The notes beneath the pieces were generated by a model, which saw nothing but the letters and a program-made list of their open reading frames with translations, did not search any database and was not told where the DNA came from. A stretch of 63,360 bases of DNA, filler included, from Phoronis australis (Eukaryota; Animalia; Phoronida), in assembly GCA_002633005.1 (NCBI GenBank). It is 5 parts of 5 records of this genome, joined end to end, with 100 filler letters (N's around TTAATTAATTAA, not from the genome) between each part and the next. Parts side by side here need not be neighbours in the genome. Positions count along the whole stretch, not along the records: positions 10,270 to 41,468 come from NMRA01000031.1; 4 more parts are not named here. One strand, written 5' to 3'. Below are positions 12,544 through 26,191 of this stretch, piece after piece (position 1 is the first letter of the stretch; each line of letters opens with the position of its first letter). The position numbers and the translations under genes were made by a program.

Positions 12544-15156
12544 TTTGTAATGAGCCAAACTGATGCCTGTGTCAAACTGACACAGGTGCATGGGTTTTAA
12601 ACGGTTATCGAAACTGAAATTGACAACATTGAGTGCTCTCGTATGCAGGTCACATGGATTGACCACATAGGTAATGTGTCCTGGGCCCCCAGGGCAGGCT
12701 GGGGTAATTAGCACCAGCAATTTTGGTTCTGATAACCGTTAAAAATCCATAAACCATTGGCTGTAATTTGGGAATTTACAGTAGCTTCAGCGCCGACATT
12801 AATTTGGCCCACCATCCCGTACCAAAATGAAGTGCGCCAAGTCAACTGGGCGCAAGCATGAAGTTTGCCGGGCTGCAACACCTGGCACACAGTGAGACAA
12901 TCGGGTAGGCATACTGGAGTGGAGAGCGGAGTGATAGAAACCGGTGAAAGATTGCTCATTTGATGAAAAAATAACAAAATTATCTTAATACTTACGCTGT
13001 CCATGACTTCAACTACTGTATGATCATTTCTTCATTTTCTTAAAGACATCGCCCACGGCGCAAGGCGTTTAAAATGAAAGCGCATTCACTCCAGTGAGCT
13101 AGTCCTTCGACAAATCTGTAATAAAAATGGCCACCGACAGGTGCGTGTTTACAAGGGCTAAACGTAAGAGAATGGAGGAGATATTGTGATGAAAACTATA
13201 TCACTTGTCAACTAATGTAAATTGTGCCTTAGTGTATCTTTAATATGAATATTTACTGCGTAAAATTCATTTTTAATTTATCTTATTTTAGGTACATTAC
13301 GGAATAAGGTAATGCAGTATTTGCTCACGTCATCGTAAGAGGAGTGAGTTGCTGGGAGACGATTAAACATAAGCGCAGTCTTGTATGTTCCTGTTCAATA
13401 AGTCATTCCAATCGGAGTGATTACACGAGCTGCTGTCTCGTTCCGGTAGTATTCAAGAGCTTTCAATCGCCTAAGCGTTTCGGTTCAGATTTCAACAGTG
13501 ACAGCTAAATAACAGATTAGGGGCGAAAATCAAGTGATATTGCTACAAAATTGAGTCTGAAAATCCGCCAGGTGACACGTACAGGGTGTTTCGGGCCTCA
13601 CAGACCGCATAATATTTGCCCGACATGGGCCGGAGCACCGCACTGCGGTCTTTGCTTTGTCTAATACAGTATTTTAGTTGTACATATTTTCAAAAAGTCA
13701 GCTGATATGCAGGCTTAAAAAGGTCGCCGGATTCTGAATTTCCTTTTCCAACGTCATTGATCAGTGACTAAGGTGAACTTGACGCCACCGTGCGGCTGAA
13801 AAATGACAATGTAGGACGAGTTTCGTCAAGTCCAACCGGGGTCGGGTGGCTGTGCGTGAACTTAAATAATCACGTTCACGTGGATAAAAATTTGCACTGC
13901 ACTAAATCAAATTATCGTGTAACGTAAAAAAATCAACTAATCTTTTTTAAGCTATATTGGCGATCTTATTCATCAGACAAGTGTTTTAACCAATCACAAA
14001 TTCCGATTCTTTGACACAAGTTACGGTAAAGGAGAAAGTGAGTGTTTAATAAGGCCAATAATTACAAAATTTTAACACGACTGAACAAAAAATTTCACCT
14101 GATTGCCCAAATATATGTTCAATTCCAAGTTCACGCATACGCGATCTTGAGATTAAGCAGGATTCCAAATTCACGCACAGGAGGGCCGGGTCCTTCTGGT
14201 ATTTTAGACTGTAAGGTTTCAAAATGAGTGGGTTGCTACTCAGTGCAGTGATTTGGCGTTGGGCCGGACTGGGTGTGAGTGGTGTGGTGATCAACCTCAT
14301 TCAGTGCCGACATGAGACTAGGTGAATTTTTGCCTCCGGGCGCGCTCAGTACACAAGTACTGCTTGTGACACATGCTCACCAAACTGTAAAACCGGTCAA
14401 AGGTCAGGAGGACCAGTCTTCCAGCGTCAGTTCCGATTACCGACCAGTAACGTGGAAAGTATGCCAAAACACATTAATCAATAATGGCACTCAAAAGTCG
14501 AAATCTTTTTGTTTTTCATTTGAAAACACTTTTTGGCCGGAGAAACTCGGTGATCTGAAATTAACTAAATATCCACGGAGATCACAACGTACGTGTTGCC
14601 GGGAAAGGAGTATACCATAGACATCTTAATACTGTGATGCCATGGGGTATACTAGAAACTTATTATGTTGAAATTCGATCGCCAACAGTGTACAAGTTTT
14701 ACCGATATACGCGGTACGTATTATTATTGACAATTTTAACAGACAAATGCAGAAAACTGGAAAATATTTGATAACTCAAAGCTTGAGACGAACTTTGAAA
14801 AAATTGCCCCGGTTTCCTGTCCGATCCCCGCGATTCATGTTTTACTAAAGGTCAGGGTTCGTGTTTTTCGGACTGGTTAGCAGGTGCGGGAGTCTGTTTT
14901 CGACTCTGGGACATCTGATTTACACCGGGGTTCCTGTTTTGATGGAACACGAGAATTGACTTCCGACAATTGTAAACATTGGGCCTTCCTTTAAACCTGA
15001 ACGGGAACATGGAAATGTTTTCACCAAGAGAGATTGCCGAGAGAATATCGCTGATATTTGGCAGTGACCTCTGTCAGTCTGTCTCCCCTTACTTAAATCG
15101 GCGATAATAAAATACCGCGCATTTCCGTCTATTTCTGATCACAAAGCCTAGAGGAG

Positions 15157-15306
15157 CATGGACGGCGCAGCCCTGAAAAAAGTGGGGCCATTAAGGCCCC
15201 CTCAGCCCCCCTGTGGTGCACCGCTTATAGACCATGTGCGGCGTAACACTCAGGAAAAAAGTGAGGGTATAGCCCCCCCCAGCCCCCTATGGTGCGCCGC
15301 CCATGA
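15157..15306. repeat. Tandem pair of ~70-bp mini-TIR elements
   Basis: CATG(G)GCGGCGCA...TGCGCCGCCCATG termini; a single inverted copy lies at about 39793-39858. Confidence 0.6.
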
Positions 15307-17129
15307 GGAGTTATGGCCTGATCAACACTTGTTGCGCAACAATACGGTAAGCATCATAAAGCGTGGCAAGGGCACATCAACCTCTGACCAAATTTCCGAA
15401 ACAGGTCCACCGAGCAAGCAGTAATCTCAATGACGAAAAATGTTGTCCAATTTCTTCAGTCACTTTGCAGATATTTAATTTCCCGCTTTTATGCATTTCC
15501 TTATTTAGAAATTCGACATTCCATCCCCAAAAACGGGATGAAAACTTAATCTCACTGAGCCGAACTTGTTTCCGTCGTGTGCCGACAAAAACCTTAGTGC
15601 GCCATTCTTGAGTACTCGCCATCATATACGCTGTAGCACCGGGTTCCGTTCAACAACATTGACACTGAGAACTCTGGACTAGATGGACATGATGAACCAC
15701 TGGTGCAACTACATCAGAACTGTTACTATTGGAAGAGAGCAGGCTAAAATAATCCAAGTTTAATTTTCCGAAGCTTGAGCTTGACTGAATTTTCTTCTTG
15801 GCAACTGAAATAAAGTTAACGGCAAGGAGCGTTCTCGAGATCGGTTCTCGGAATTTTGGCAGGAAATGCAAATTCATCATGCAATGTATTTAGTTTTTTC
15901 TTAGTTTCATTTTCAAACATTTGATTTCACGTTGTATTCTTTCACTAATTATTTGATCTGGTCAAGAAGTGAGCTTTTGAAAGTGGAGACTGGACCAATT
16001 TTCATACATCAGCGATATCTATTCGGAGGCATGTTTTTGTTACAAGCCCATTCTCTGAGAGTGTTTAAGGGTTTCTTCATGATTAATTTGCGTGCAAATC
16101 CACCCACGCGCTGATAACCGAACGGTGAACAGCCAATTTATTTAAAAGGAAAGTACCACGTGGTGAAGCTCGTATATTTGTGGCACACAATGTGCTGAAC
16201 ATTTAAATCTCCGGGCACAACACTGAAGTAAATGCCCAAAACTAAGATTAGAAGTTTCTATACAACGTAGACCGTGGGCAGTAGCTCCAGTCCTTATCAT
16301 GCATAGGCGGATTTAGGGGTAGGGGGTCCGCCCCCCACCCCCTTGGCTGCCGCAAAAAATAAAACAGCAAGAGCGTGAGGAAATATTGAGTGTATTAATT
16401 AACCCCGGTAATTAACATGAAATAAGAATTAACAAGGTGCAGTTTAATTTTGTGTGTGCTCGTGAGTATGTGGGGGGAGGAGGCTGAGAGACCCGATTTC
16501 AAGCGTCCGATTCAGACCACCGGCGCAACTGGTTCCCGTTTTTTTAGTCCCCGTTTGTTTTTTAGCAAAAAGGTCCATATCCTCATATCTTAGGGTGGGT
16601 ACGCGCATATAATCATTGCCGGAGACAAAGTGTTGGACCCCCTTATCATATCCTAGACTCGCCACTGTCATGTCAGAGAGGGCAACTCTAGGGCTTTAAT
16701 GATCTTCATGAAAAACATAAAATAAAACGAAAAAGAAATGATAATTTACGAAACTGTGGCAGCGTTTCCGTTATATCAAATGTACGGCTGTTTTTCTTTC
16801 TTTTTGCTGAATTTTATTAAAAAGATGTGGTCACGTGACCCAAAAAATAGCAGATTAGTATGAGTCAATATCAAATTACACAACTTTCTATTATCAGAAC
16901 ATGTCTATTTTTACCTAGTTAAAATCCATAATTTTTGAAGATAAAACAAAAAAGACCCTACAATTTGGCCCCACAATAACTAACCTCCTTCTTGTGTATG
17001 TCATCTAATTTCAAATAATAATGACGGAGCCAGCAGCACGCAGGGCTTTGCACCGGATCAGATTGGTATGCGATGGACAAAAGTTGTATTACTTTCCAGG
17101 GAGATATCAGTTCCTGATGTGGAACACAG

Positions 17130-17500
17130 CTTGTTAGAATTATTCGCTGACCAGCAAATTAAACAGATTTACGTTCTGCCTTTTAAACTGTTGCTCCAAC
17201 CTCATTTGAAAGTGTTTAAGTATTATCACATTCATAAAAAAGTTTATACAAAATATGTTTTAAAGAAAATGAAAATTATCGAAAACGACAAATGCTTATT
17301 TTGTGGACTCGTAGAAACTTTTAATCACTCACTTGTTTTTGGAATGTGAGTATGTACTTTACTTTTTGGAATGAATTACAAACTTGGATATCAAATGTCG
17401 TTGGAACTAACTTTTCATTGTCTGAAAAGCGTGTTCTGCTATTTGCATACTTTGGAGATCATTGTTATGAAATCACCCAATATTATTTGACACCGCCAAG
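17130..17500 (+). mobile_element. L1/Tx1-type LINE ORF2 C-terminal zinc-finger fragment (decayed)
   Basis: KKVYTKYVLKKMKIIENDKCLFCGLVETFNH then, after a frameshift, FLECEYVLYFWNELQTWI: the CxxC..ET..H...C...FW pattern. Confidence 0.7.
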
Positions 17501-17765
17501 ACATTGAAAAGTATAAAATCAAGTGCATCACCCCCTGACTTGCTAGGATCTTTTGAAACCCTTATACATTTAGAAGTAATTCAAGTAGAGCTGGACTGTG
17601 TTTTTGTTTGTTTCTTTTCTTTTCTTTTCTATGGCATTCCATTGTTAATTTCTGTTTCCTTAAATAAATTTATCAAAAAGCCTTATTTCACGTGCTTGAC
17701 CATTTTGTGTTATGAGTTATTTCATGTCAAAAACAGCCTGTCACATAAGTGTGTAAAAGAATCGA

Positions 17766-17847
17766 CGTCGTGAGCAGGATTCGAACCTGCGCGGGAAGAT
17801 CCCATTTGATTTCGAGTCAAACGCCTTAACCACTCGGCCATCACGAC
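17766..17847 (-). tRNA. tRNA-Ser(CGA)
   Basis: Minus strand GTCGTGATGGCCGAGTGGTTAAGGCGTTTGACTCGAAATCAAATGGGATCTTCCCGCGCAGGTTCGAATCCTGCTCACGACG, 82 nt. It has a perfect acceptor stem, anticodon arm TTTGA-CTCGAAA-TCAAA, long variable arm, intact A and B boxes, and a downstream TTTT terminator. Confidence 0.96.
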
Positions 17848-19614
17848 AAATCGGAAGTCTCAAGTGATTTTTATGTTATTTGAAGATTAGTTATTCTCAA
17901 AGATTCAAAATACTTCATATTGTTTTTAGTTTGATGATATAATGTTACACATTACTTTTACTATAAGAAATTAAGACATTTTGAACACAATTCAGATAAT
18001 GACCTTCCCAATGGTCACTGAAGAGTTAGGTTGCGGCCGCGGCCAGTTTCCAGAAAACAATTCTCTGGGATAGGCCAGGCTTGGGGGGTAGTGTACGCAT
18101 ATAGGCTGATTGAACGTGATTTGTTTGTATTTGTAAACATGTTGAGAATGAGAAAAGGCAGTTGCTCGGCTGTAGCTGCACTCTTCTGTAAGATGGCGGC
18201 CCCCTGTTACATTTGTGCGTGTATTGCTGGGTAGCGCCTGAGAAATCGGCTTCAATTTTGGGTAGCCCGTACAAGCTAGAAATGCAAAAAGTTCACATTA
18301 CTTTTGGACCACATTTTTGAAATCGGTAGGAAATTTTCTTTCAGAAACTAATGTGGGCTTGGGCCTATATGTGGTTTATCGGTAGGGAAATTGCCCCAAG
18401 ACCAAGCGGTGGTTTTTTGGGTAGACAGTGACCACCGTCTGTACCTGGCTCAGAAGAGAGGGTCATGCGCCGGAAGCTTTTCGGCGAATTATGCCTCACA
18501 CTGAATAAAATAACAAAGTCAAGTTGTTGTAATTAGAGAATTATATATTATAGTTCATACTATAACCAATAGGTGTCTCTGTAACTAGTTTCCCCACCAT
18601 TGTCTTTGTGACTACACATTGATATTACATAGAGGTAGGAATTATCACCTTTTCCACGAGTATTCACTTTATATCCCGTTTATAGTACATTATCATTACC
18701 CTTGAGCTATACAGTAAGCATTCTCTTTACTTGTACTTCTAGGTCTCCATCATTCTTTCAATAAAGGGTGAAACGAAATGACGAATGTTTATATCTAGTA
18801 ATATCATGTTGGTAAAATAAGAAGTGATTTCAAGGTCGTAGAGCAGAATTGTTAGCCTAATAGGCCTACCATGTGTGCACCGTTGCCGTCAGTGTCTTGT
18901 TTGTTGTATTTGATTTTTTTGCTGTCAAGGAATCATGCATCAAAACTCGAATTGTTTACTGTTTTTTTAAATTTTTGAAATACGTGTACATTTACTTGTT
19001 ATGTAGCATTTTTTACTCCGTTTATGACGCTGGTTTGTCTGCATCCCGAGTATTTGGCTCCCTTCAAGTTTTCCGTCTTCTTCGTTGTAAATATTCACAA
19101 GATATGAAGGATGCATAGGTAAATTGATTCCTGTTTTTGTATATATTATCATAGACTTTACGTGGACCGCCAACTCCGTATGTTTTCAATGGATGAAATC
19201 TGTGAACTTACGCACAAGCCATTACGTAATTATTTATTTGCCACACCTGGCCAAATTGTCGAGTTTTATTTCCTGCAAGTATGTCGTCTACTAATCATGG
19301 TTAGCTGTGGTGTGTTCGGGTGGTAGTAGCATTGCTAAAAGTACTCACTATACTAACAGTTCTGCTATTGGAAGACTTTGAACAGTGTTTCAATGCCGAA
19401 AATTTTTTTTTTTCGTTTTACTGGACAGTAAAATACTGAGATGCGAGAATTTCCTGTCACAATACACTACGGAAACTGAAACAGATAATTTAGGAGAGTG
19501 GCGCCTCCTCCAGGATAGTATGCAAGAAAATGTCGGGAGTTGCGAATTTGTTGTCTATAATCTATGACATTGTAGTCTAATACACCAATTCCTCCTACTT
19601 GTCTTGTGTTTCAG

Positions 19615-20663
19615 ATTGGATCATGGTGAGCTGCTGGTGAGAAGTTTGTGCGAATTAGAAAGCTGATAATAACCTGAGTTGTGGCATGGATGTATAAAAA
19701 ATTGCGTGATCAGCGTGTGACCAGTATGAATCAGTACAGTACAAGTAACATTTTTGATATTAAATGCGCTAGTGGCAGTGTTGCTGATGAGAATGTCAAA
19801 GATGCCATAGTTAAACAGGAGCCTGGTGAAGACCAAGATGTGAATAAGCAAGTCTGGTATAATGAAGGAGGTAATATATTTCAACCAGCAGAGTTTAAAC
19901 TTGAGTGTGATGATGGTGATCGTCTAGGTAGTGACTATTTCAAGCAGACGGATCTAGCATCATTTGAGAAGAACAAATCTCCTTTGCTGGAGCTGGGTGT
20001 TGTTGATGTATCTGGTGTTGCAAATGGACAGTATCGAGTGACTAGTGCGAAATCATTAGTACAGTTGCCATGTGGCAAATGTGATGCGGTGCTAGGTGGC
20101 GTTGCACATCTTGAGGAACATATGTTAATACACACAGGGGAGAATTGCTTCAGCAATACTGACTGTGGAACGTCATTTAAGACAAAAGATTGCCTCGTGA
20201 ACTCGTGGATGTGCATAGACCTTACAACTGTATGGATTGTGGAAAACTGTTTAAAAGTCACTGCTTCCTCATCATCCATCAAAGCAAACATATATGTGAG
20301 AGACCATACAGCTGTTGTGAATGTGCAAAGTCCTTTCAGAAGGAGCATTTTCTAGTTGAGCACAAAACTCTACACACAGGGGAGAAGCCATACAGCTGCT
20401 CTGAGTGCGGCAAGTTGTTTCGAACGAGTCATTCTCTGTCTAATCATAGGAGTGTACACACTGGCGAGATACCGTGCAAGTACAATGCGTGCAGAAGTTC
20501 ATACAAAATCCAATCTAATGTTATTGTTCGTAAGAGAACACGCACTGGTGCTCAGTTTGAAAAGCAGTTTGGCAAAAAATTTCATCTAGTTTACCACAGG
20601 ATTACACACACTGTTAAGACACCATACAAGTGTTGTGAATGCGGAATGCCAATTAAAACTTAG
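19615..20663 (+). pseudogene. C2H2 (Kruppel-type) zinc-finger gene exon, frameshifted and degenerate
   Basis: Acceptor-like TTTCAG ends at about 19615. VKQEP motif, then CGKC..HMLIHTGE, a frameshift near 20200, then several CxxC...H(TGEKPY) fingers. Confidence 0.8.
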
Positions 20664-20680
20664 TTTAATCATTTTTATGN

Positions 20681-21674
20681 GTCAGTACGGTATAAGAAAT
20701 TGCATGATCAGCGTGTGACCAGTATGAATCGGTACAGTACAAGTAACATTTTTGATATTAAATGCGCTGGTGGCAGTGTTGCTGTCAGAAGAGAAATAAT
20801 GTAAAAAATACTATAGTTAAACAGGAGCCTGGTGAAGACCAAGATGTGAATAAGCAAGTGTGGTATAATGAAGGAGGTAATATATTTCAACCAGCAGAGT
20901 TTAAACTTGAGTTTGATGATGGTGGTCGTCTAGGTAGTCGAGTGACTATTTCAAGCAGACGGATGCAGTATCATTTAGGAAGAACAAATCTCCTTTGCTG
21001 GAGCTGGGTGTTGTTGATGTATCTGGTGTTGCAAATGGACAGTATCGAGTGACTCGTGCGAAATCATTAGTACAGTTGCCAGGTGGCAAATGTGATGCGG
21101 TGCTAGGTGGCGCTGCACATCTTGAGGAACATATGTTAATACACACAGGGGAGAATTGCTTCAGCAATACTGACTGTGGAACGTCATTTAAGACAAAAGA
21201 TTGCCTCGTGAACTCGTGGATGTGCATAGACCTTACAACTGTATGGATTGTGGAAAATTGTTTAAAAGTCACTGCTTCCTCATCATCCATCAAAGCAAAC
21301 ATATATGTGAGAGACCATACAGCTGTTGTGAATGTGCAAAGTCCTTTCAGAAGGAGCATTTTCTAGTTGAGCACAAAACTCTACACACAGGGGAGAAGCC
21401 ATACAGCTGCTCTGAGTGCGGCAAGTTGTTTCGAACGAGTCATTCTCTGTCTAATCATAGGAGTGTACACACTGGCGAGATACCGTGCAAGTACAATGCG
21501 TGCAGAAGTTCATACAAAATCCAATCTAATGTTATTGTTCGTAAGAGAACACGCACTGGTGCTCAGTTTGAAAAGCAGTTTGGCAAAAAATTTCATCTAG
21601 TTTACCACAGGATTACACACACTGTTAAGACACCATACAAGTGTTGTGAATGCGGAATGCCAATTAAAACTTAG
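20681..21674 (+). pseudogene. Second copy (allele or assembly duplicate) of the C2H2 zinc-finger exon
   Basis: Near-identical to 19690-20663 after the N at 20680; same internal frameshift plus extra indels. Confidence 0.75.
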
Positions 21675-21682
21675 TTTAATCA

Positions 21683-24104
21683 TTTTTATGCGCCCACATA
21701 TTTATACGTTGGTACATACAGCCATCATGTCTGTTTGAGTGTCCGTGCATCGGCGGCTGTAGCTGCTAAACTCTTGCAAGATTGTAATGAGATTTGACAG
21801 ATGTGTTGCTGTGAAGCTGATGACAGTCGATCACAAGTTTCGGACCTATTGGAATAGCGCTCTACCCCCTAACGGCAGTTTTAGTTTTTTATACTATTTG
21901 CCTCTGTATCTTTGGATGGATTTGCGTGAAATTTAATAAATAGGTTTCTTTTTAGGAGTTGACGAGGCCTTCCAGTTTTCGGACAGATTTGACATGTTCT
22001 GCACCACCTGGTGGAATGTTTTGACGTCTGCCTTTCCATCTGCCAAACTGCATTAAGAAAATTGGCAGATGTACTGGTATTCCAGATAAGAAGACTTCGG
22101 CTGACACTAATTTTCCAACAAGTTCGATTGCTATGGTAACCCTTGGTGGCAATTTTTTGAGGTTTTGCGTCCACGGCTCTATCTTCTTAACTTTTTGGAC
22201 GATCTTTGTGAAATTTGGTTGATGTGTTTCTATGGAGATGCTGACAAATGACAGCAAGTTTTAGACCAACTGGTCTGCAGGTGTGCCCCCATGGTGGCAA
22301 TTTTATTTTTTAACGTTTGTCTCTATCTTTAGAGTTCTTTAATGGGTTTTCATGAAAATTAGCTCATATATTTTTATCAAAGAGATGATGACGCCTTCTG
22401 GTTTTCTGACGGATTTGACTCCAGGTGTGCCCCCTAGTGCCACTTTTACTTTTTGGATTTGCCTTTGTATCTTTGAAGTTCATAGATGGATTTTTCTGAA
22501 ATCTGGCTAATAGGTTTCTATTAAGGCGACAAGTATATCGTTCCTTTTCCCAACAGATGCAATATATTTTGTGCCACTTAGTTACCAGTTTTGTGATTTT
22601 GAGTTCGTTTTCACCGTTTGTCTCTATCTGTCAAACTGCTCAAGGAATCATTATTCTTGAATAGTAGCAGTTGTGTTCCTAATGAGAAGACCATGGCTGA
22701 TATTGATTTTGGACGGAACTGATACAACCCCTTATGGTGATTTTGTAGCTTTCACAGGTGTTTTAGTATGGATGCGACTGTGGCTGCCCATGGCTTTGGA
22801 CGACTCTGACTACTGCTATGCCGTCTGTCTTCCTTGAAAGAAGATGGCGGACGACCTTTGGAGCCTGACGACGATAGGTATCCGGACTATAATGTAGATG
22901 CAAATATTTCTCGTCAAAATACACTAACCGGAATCTGTACCAGAAAGGTCAGAAGAGTGGCGGCGCCTCTTGGCTACTACGTTGATGTCTTCCCGTGTGT
23001 GGGATACCAAAGCATGAAAATTAAGACAGAGCTCACGGAATAAGAATTATCACGACCAGTCTTCACGAGCCACTCTACAAAAGGTCTATCTACTACGGAG
23101 GCATTGAAAGGACAGCTGCGTTTATTTTATTTATCTTCAGTCCTCCTAAAAATGGCTACTTTCGTATATCTGACCCAGAGACATTGGTGTGCCACTTTAG
23201 ACCAAGAAAAAAGTGGCCATTGATAGCGTAGTCTCAACCAATGAAATCAAGACTTACAACGAGTGTATGATCGTCTGTGCCTCAGCAAGAATTGACAAAA
23301 ACAGGACAAGATTTTCTTCTTCAAACAATTTTGTTGTGCCTAGACACAGAACTTCGTTTTACTCTAAGTCCTTTTTTATTCAGGCCATTCAACAATGGGA
23401 CGACTTGCCAAATAATCTAAAGGAGGCTGATGGTTATTATTACTTGAGACACAAACTCATCAGTTACCTGTAGAGGTGGTCATCATAGCTGTCCCTATCT
23501 TCGTCACTTCAATATATACACCATATAAAAGTTCTAAAGTTTTAGTTATTTATGTTATTTACTTATCTTTTAATTTAATTTGTAAATTCAATTTGTAAGA
23601 TACTCATCTTAATTTAATTTTAACTTAATTTAATCTATTTATCTAAATTTATTTAATTTATTTTTTTGCTGAGAGAGGACCATGTTGTATATTAGCCTTT
23701 GGCTAAAGCATGTTTTTAATCTATTGTATTTTATCCTCTATAAATAAAGTTTATTTATTAGTTTATTATTATTATGATGATGATGTTTTTTCATGAAATT
23801 TGGAAACAAGTTTCTATTATGAAGATGACAGCATCTTTCAAATTTGCAATGGATTCGAGGTATTTTGCCTTGTCAAGTATTTTATGTCTGCCTCTGTATA
23901 TTTGAAGTTACTTGGTGGATTTTCAGGAAATTTTACAAACAGTTTTGTAATAGAGAGACGACGACACTTTTCCAATTTCGGACCAGTTTGACATATTCTG
24001 CACCATCTAATGGCCATTGTTACAATACCAAAAACATCATTAAAAGCAGACCATTTGCATTGCAGCCGTGGGCGCATTTTAACAGTCCGCATTGCTCTTT
24101 TGTT
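21683..24104 (+). mobile_element. Helentron-associated interspersed element (HINE/DINE-1/pearl-like) with ~140-bp internal tandem core repeats
   Basis: T-rich ends; subterminal inverted repeat ATGCGCCCAC (21688) / GTGGGCGCAT (24068); GTCC-type motif; diverged ~140-145-bp units with a GAAATTTGG...TAGGTTTCT-like motif from 21780 to 22750. Interrupted by a LINE end. Confidence 0.7.
23270..23775 (+). mobile_element. CR1/L2-type LINE 3' end
   Basis: RTR...FVVPRHRTSFYSKSFFIQAIQQWDDLP..LK ORF2 C-terminal motif, AT-rich UTR, AATAAA and a (TTA)n tail; duplicated at 24431-24763. Confidence 0.75.
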
Positions 24105-25860
24105 GATTGCCAAGGAACAGTGGTAATAGACCATACAAGAACAGAGAATGCTGTCATTTAACACAAACTCCCCCCGACATTTTTTTGCCAATTGATCGTA
24201 AATTGTAAAGAACCCCTACATGTATGGTCTCATGGCATTAAATTTATACAAGAATGCAGACCGCTGTCCACCGTCTACCCCATTGTCATCTAGCGACAAC
24301 GCATGTTTCATCATGTCTTCGGTATATTGGAAAATGGAAGTTAACTTATGTAATTGGCCACGTGCTTATACTGAGTGCATGAAGTCATTTAACAATTACT
24401 TTTCTGCAATAGCCTCATAAAGTTTCACANCTGATGGTTATTATTACTTTAGACACAAACTCGTCAGTTACCTGTAGAGGTCATCATAGCTGTCCCTATA
24501 TACACCATATAAAAGTTCTAAAGTTTTAGTTATTTATGTTATTTACTTATCTTCTAATTTAATTTTTAAATTCAATTTGTAAGGTACTCATCTTAATTTA
24601 ATTTTAACTTAATTTAATCTATTTATCTATCTTAATTTATTTAATTTATTTTTTGCTGAGAGAGGACCATGTTGTATATTAACCTTTGGCTAAAGCATGT
24701 TTTTAATCTATTGTATTTTATCCTCTATAAATAAAGTTTATTATTAGTTTATTATTATTATTATGATGTTTTTTCATGAAATTTGGAAACAAGTTTCTAT
24801 TATGAAGATGACAGCATCTTTCAAATTTGCAATGGATTCGACGTATTTTGCCTTGTCAAGTATTTTATGTCTGCCTCTGTATATTTGAAGTTACTTGGTG
24901 GATTTTCAGGAAATTTTACAAACAGTTTTGTAATAGAGAGACGACGACACTTTTCCAATTTCGGACCAGTTTGACATATTCTGCACCATCTAATGGCCAT
25001 TGTTACAATACCAAAAACATCATTAAAAGCAGACCATTTGCATTGCAGCCGTGGGCGCATTTTAACAGTCCGCATTGCTCTTTTGTTGATTGCCAAGGAA
25101 CAGTGGTAATAGACCATACAAGAACAGAGAATGCTGTCATTTAACACAAACTCCCCCCGACATTTTTTTGCCAATTGATCGTAAATTGTAAAGAACCCCT
25201 ACATGTATGGTCTCATGGCATTAAATTTATACAAGAATGCAGACCGCTGTCCACCGTCTACCCCATTGTCATCTAGCGACAACGCATGTTTCATCATGTC
25301 TTCGGTATATTGGAAAATGGAAGTTAACTTATGTAATTGGCCACGTGCTTATACTGAGTGCATGAAGTCATTTAACAATTACTTTTCTGCAATAGCCTCA
25401 TAAAGTTTCACACCACTGAGAGACTGTATTTGCAATAAGTGCAGAGAATCGTTCATTAGTCTGTCTTTAAGGAATCTGTGTAGAGAAGTATACACTGATG
25501 AGACCATGACGTTGTTGTGCTTGTATTGTCCTTTAACTACCTGTCTTCTCAAAATCAGTACAGGAACTAGGGGTTCGCAGATGAAAAGCCATAAGACTGC
25601 TATGCTTGCAAATTCATATTATTGGCCTGATTTCCCCAAATTACTACCCAAAATGTACTCTTGTGGAAAGCCAAATTCTTGTCAATATAGGAAGTCTTTT
25701 AAAACTCAGTGCAACTTTGCCACTCACAAGAATGGCCACTTATAAGAGAATCCAAGTCTTTGATTATTAAAATACGCTCAACATTTGTTATCTTCTTGAA
25801 CATAGAAGCACACATAGTTGTGAAAGACCATGTACTGAGTGTGGAAATTTGAGTGGCCAC
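24105..25860 (+). pseudogene. Heavily decayed continuation of the C2H2 finger array
   Basis: Relic motifs SGNRPYKNREC, YTECMKSF, ICNKCRESF, DEKP and HRSTHSCERPCTECG in shifting frames; includes the assembly duplicate 24431-25410. Confidence 0.5.
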
Positions 25861-26191
25861 TCTCTTGAAATGAATGCTGAAAATCATTAATTTTCTTGTA
25901 TTTATATTGTAAAACACACCCTGATGAAAAGGCAAACAGCCATAGTAATTGTTAATCTTACAAAAGTAATGCCTGCCTCTTAGAAACTACTGAAAAATAC
26001 AGTTTTTCCATTATCAAATTTGTCTTGGTTCTTCCAAGTCACATGGCTCACAATTTGATATGTCCCGGACAGGTGTAAATATTCATTGATTTCTTCCCAT
26101 GTCATTAGGATATTATATCTTGGTAGAAGGTATTGTAATTTTTAAAGATAATTTATATTTATAGTTGCTTTGAAGATTGAAACACCCCCAC

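Noticed and set aside
17766-17847. Local tRNA-Ser as the primer for the Gypsy PBS
   Set aside because: Its 3' end (CTGCTCACGACG) does not match the TGCCGACTACG required by the PBS, and it lies on another contig.
18185-18205. AAGATGGCGGC (YY1-type) as the promoter of the zinc-finger gene
   Set aside because: The motif is common inside repeats in this window (also at about 22840 and 33131), and there is no supporting exon structure.
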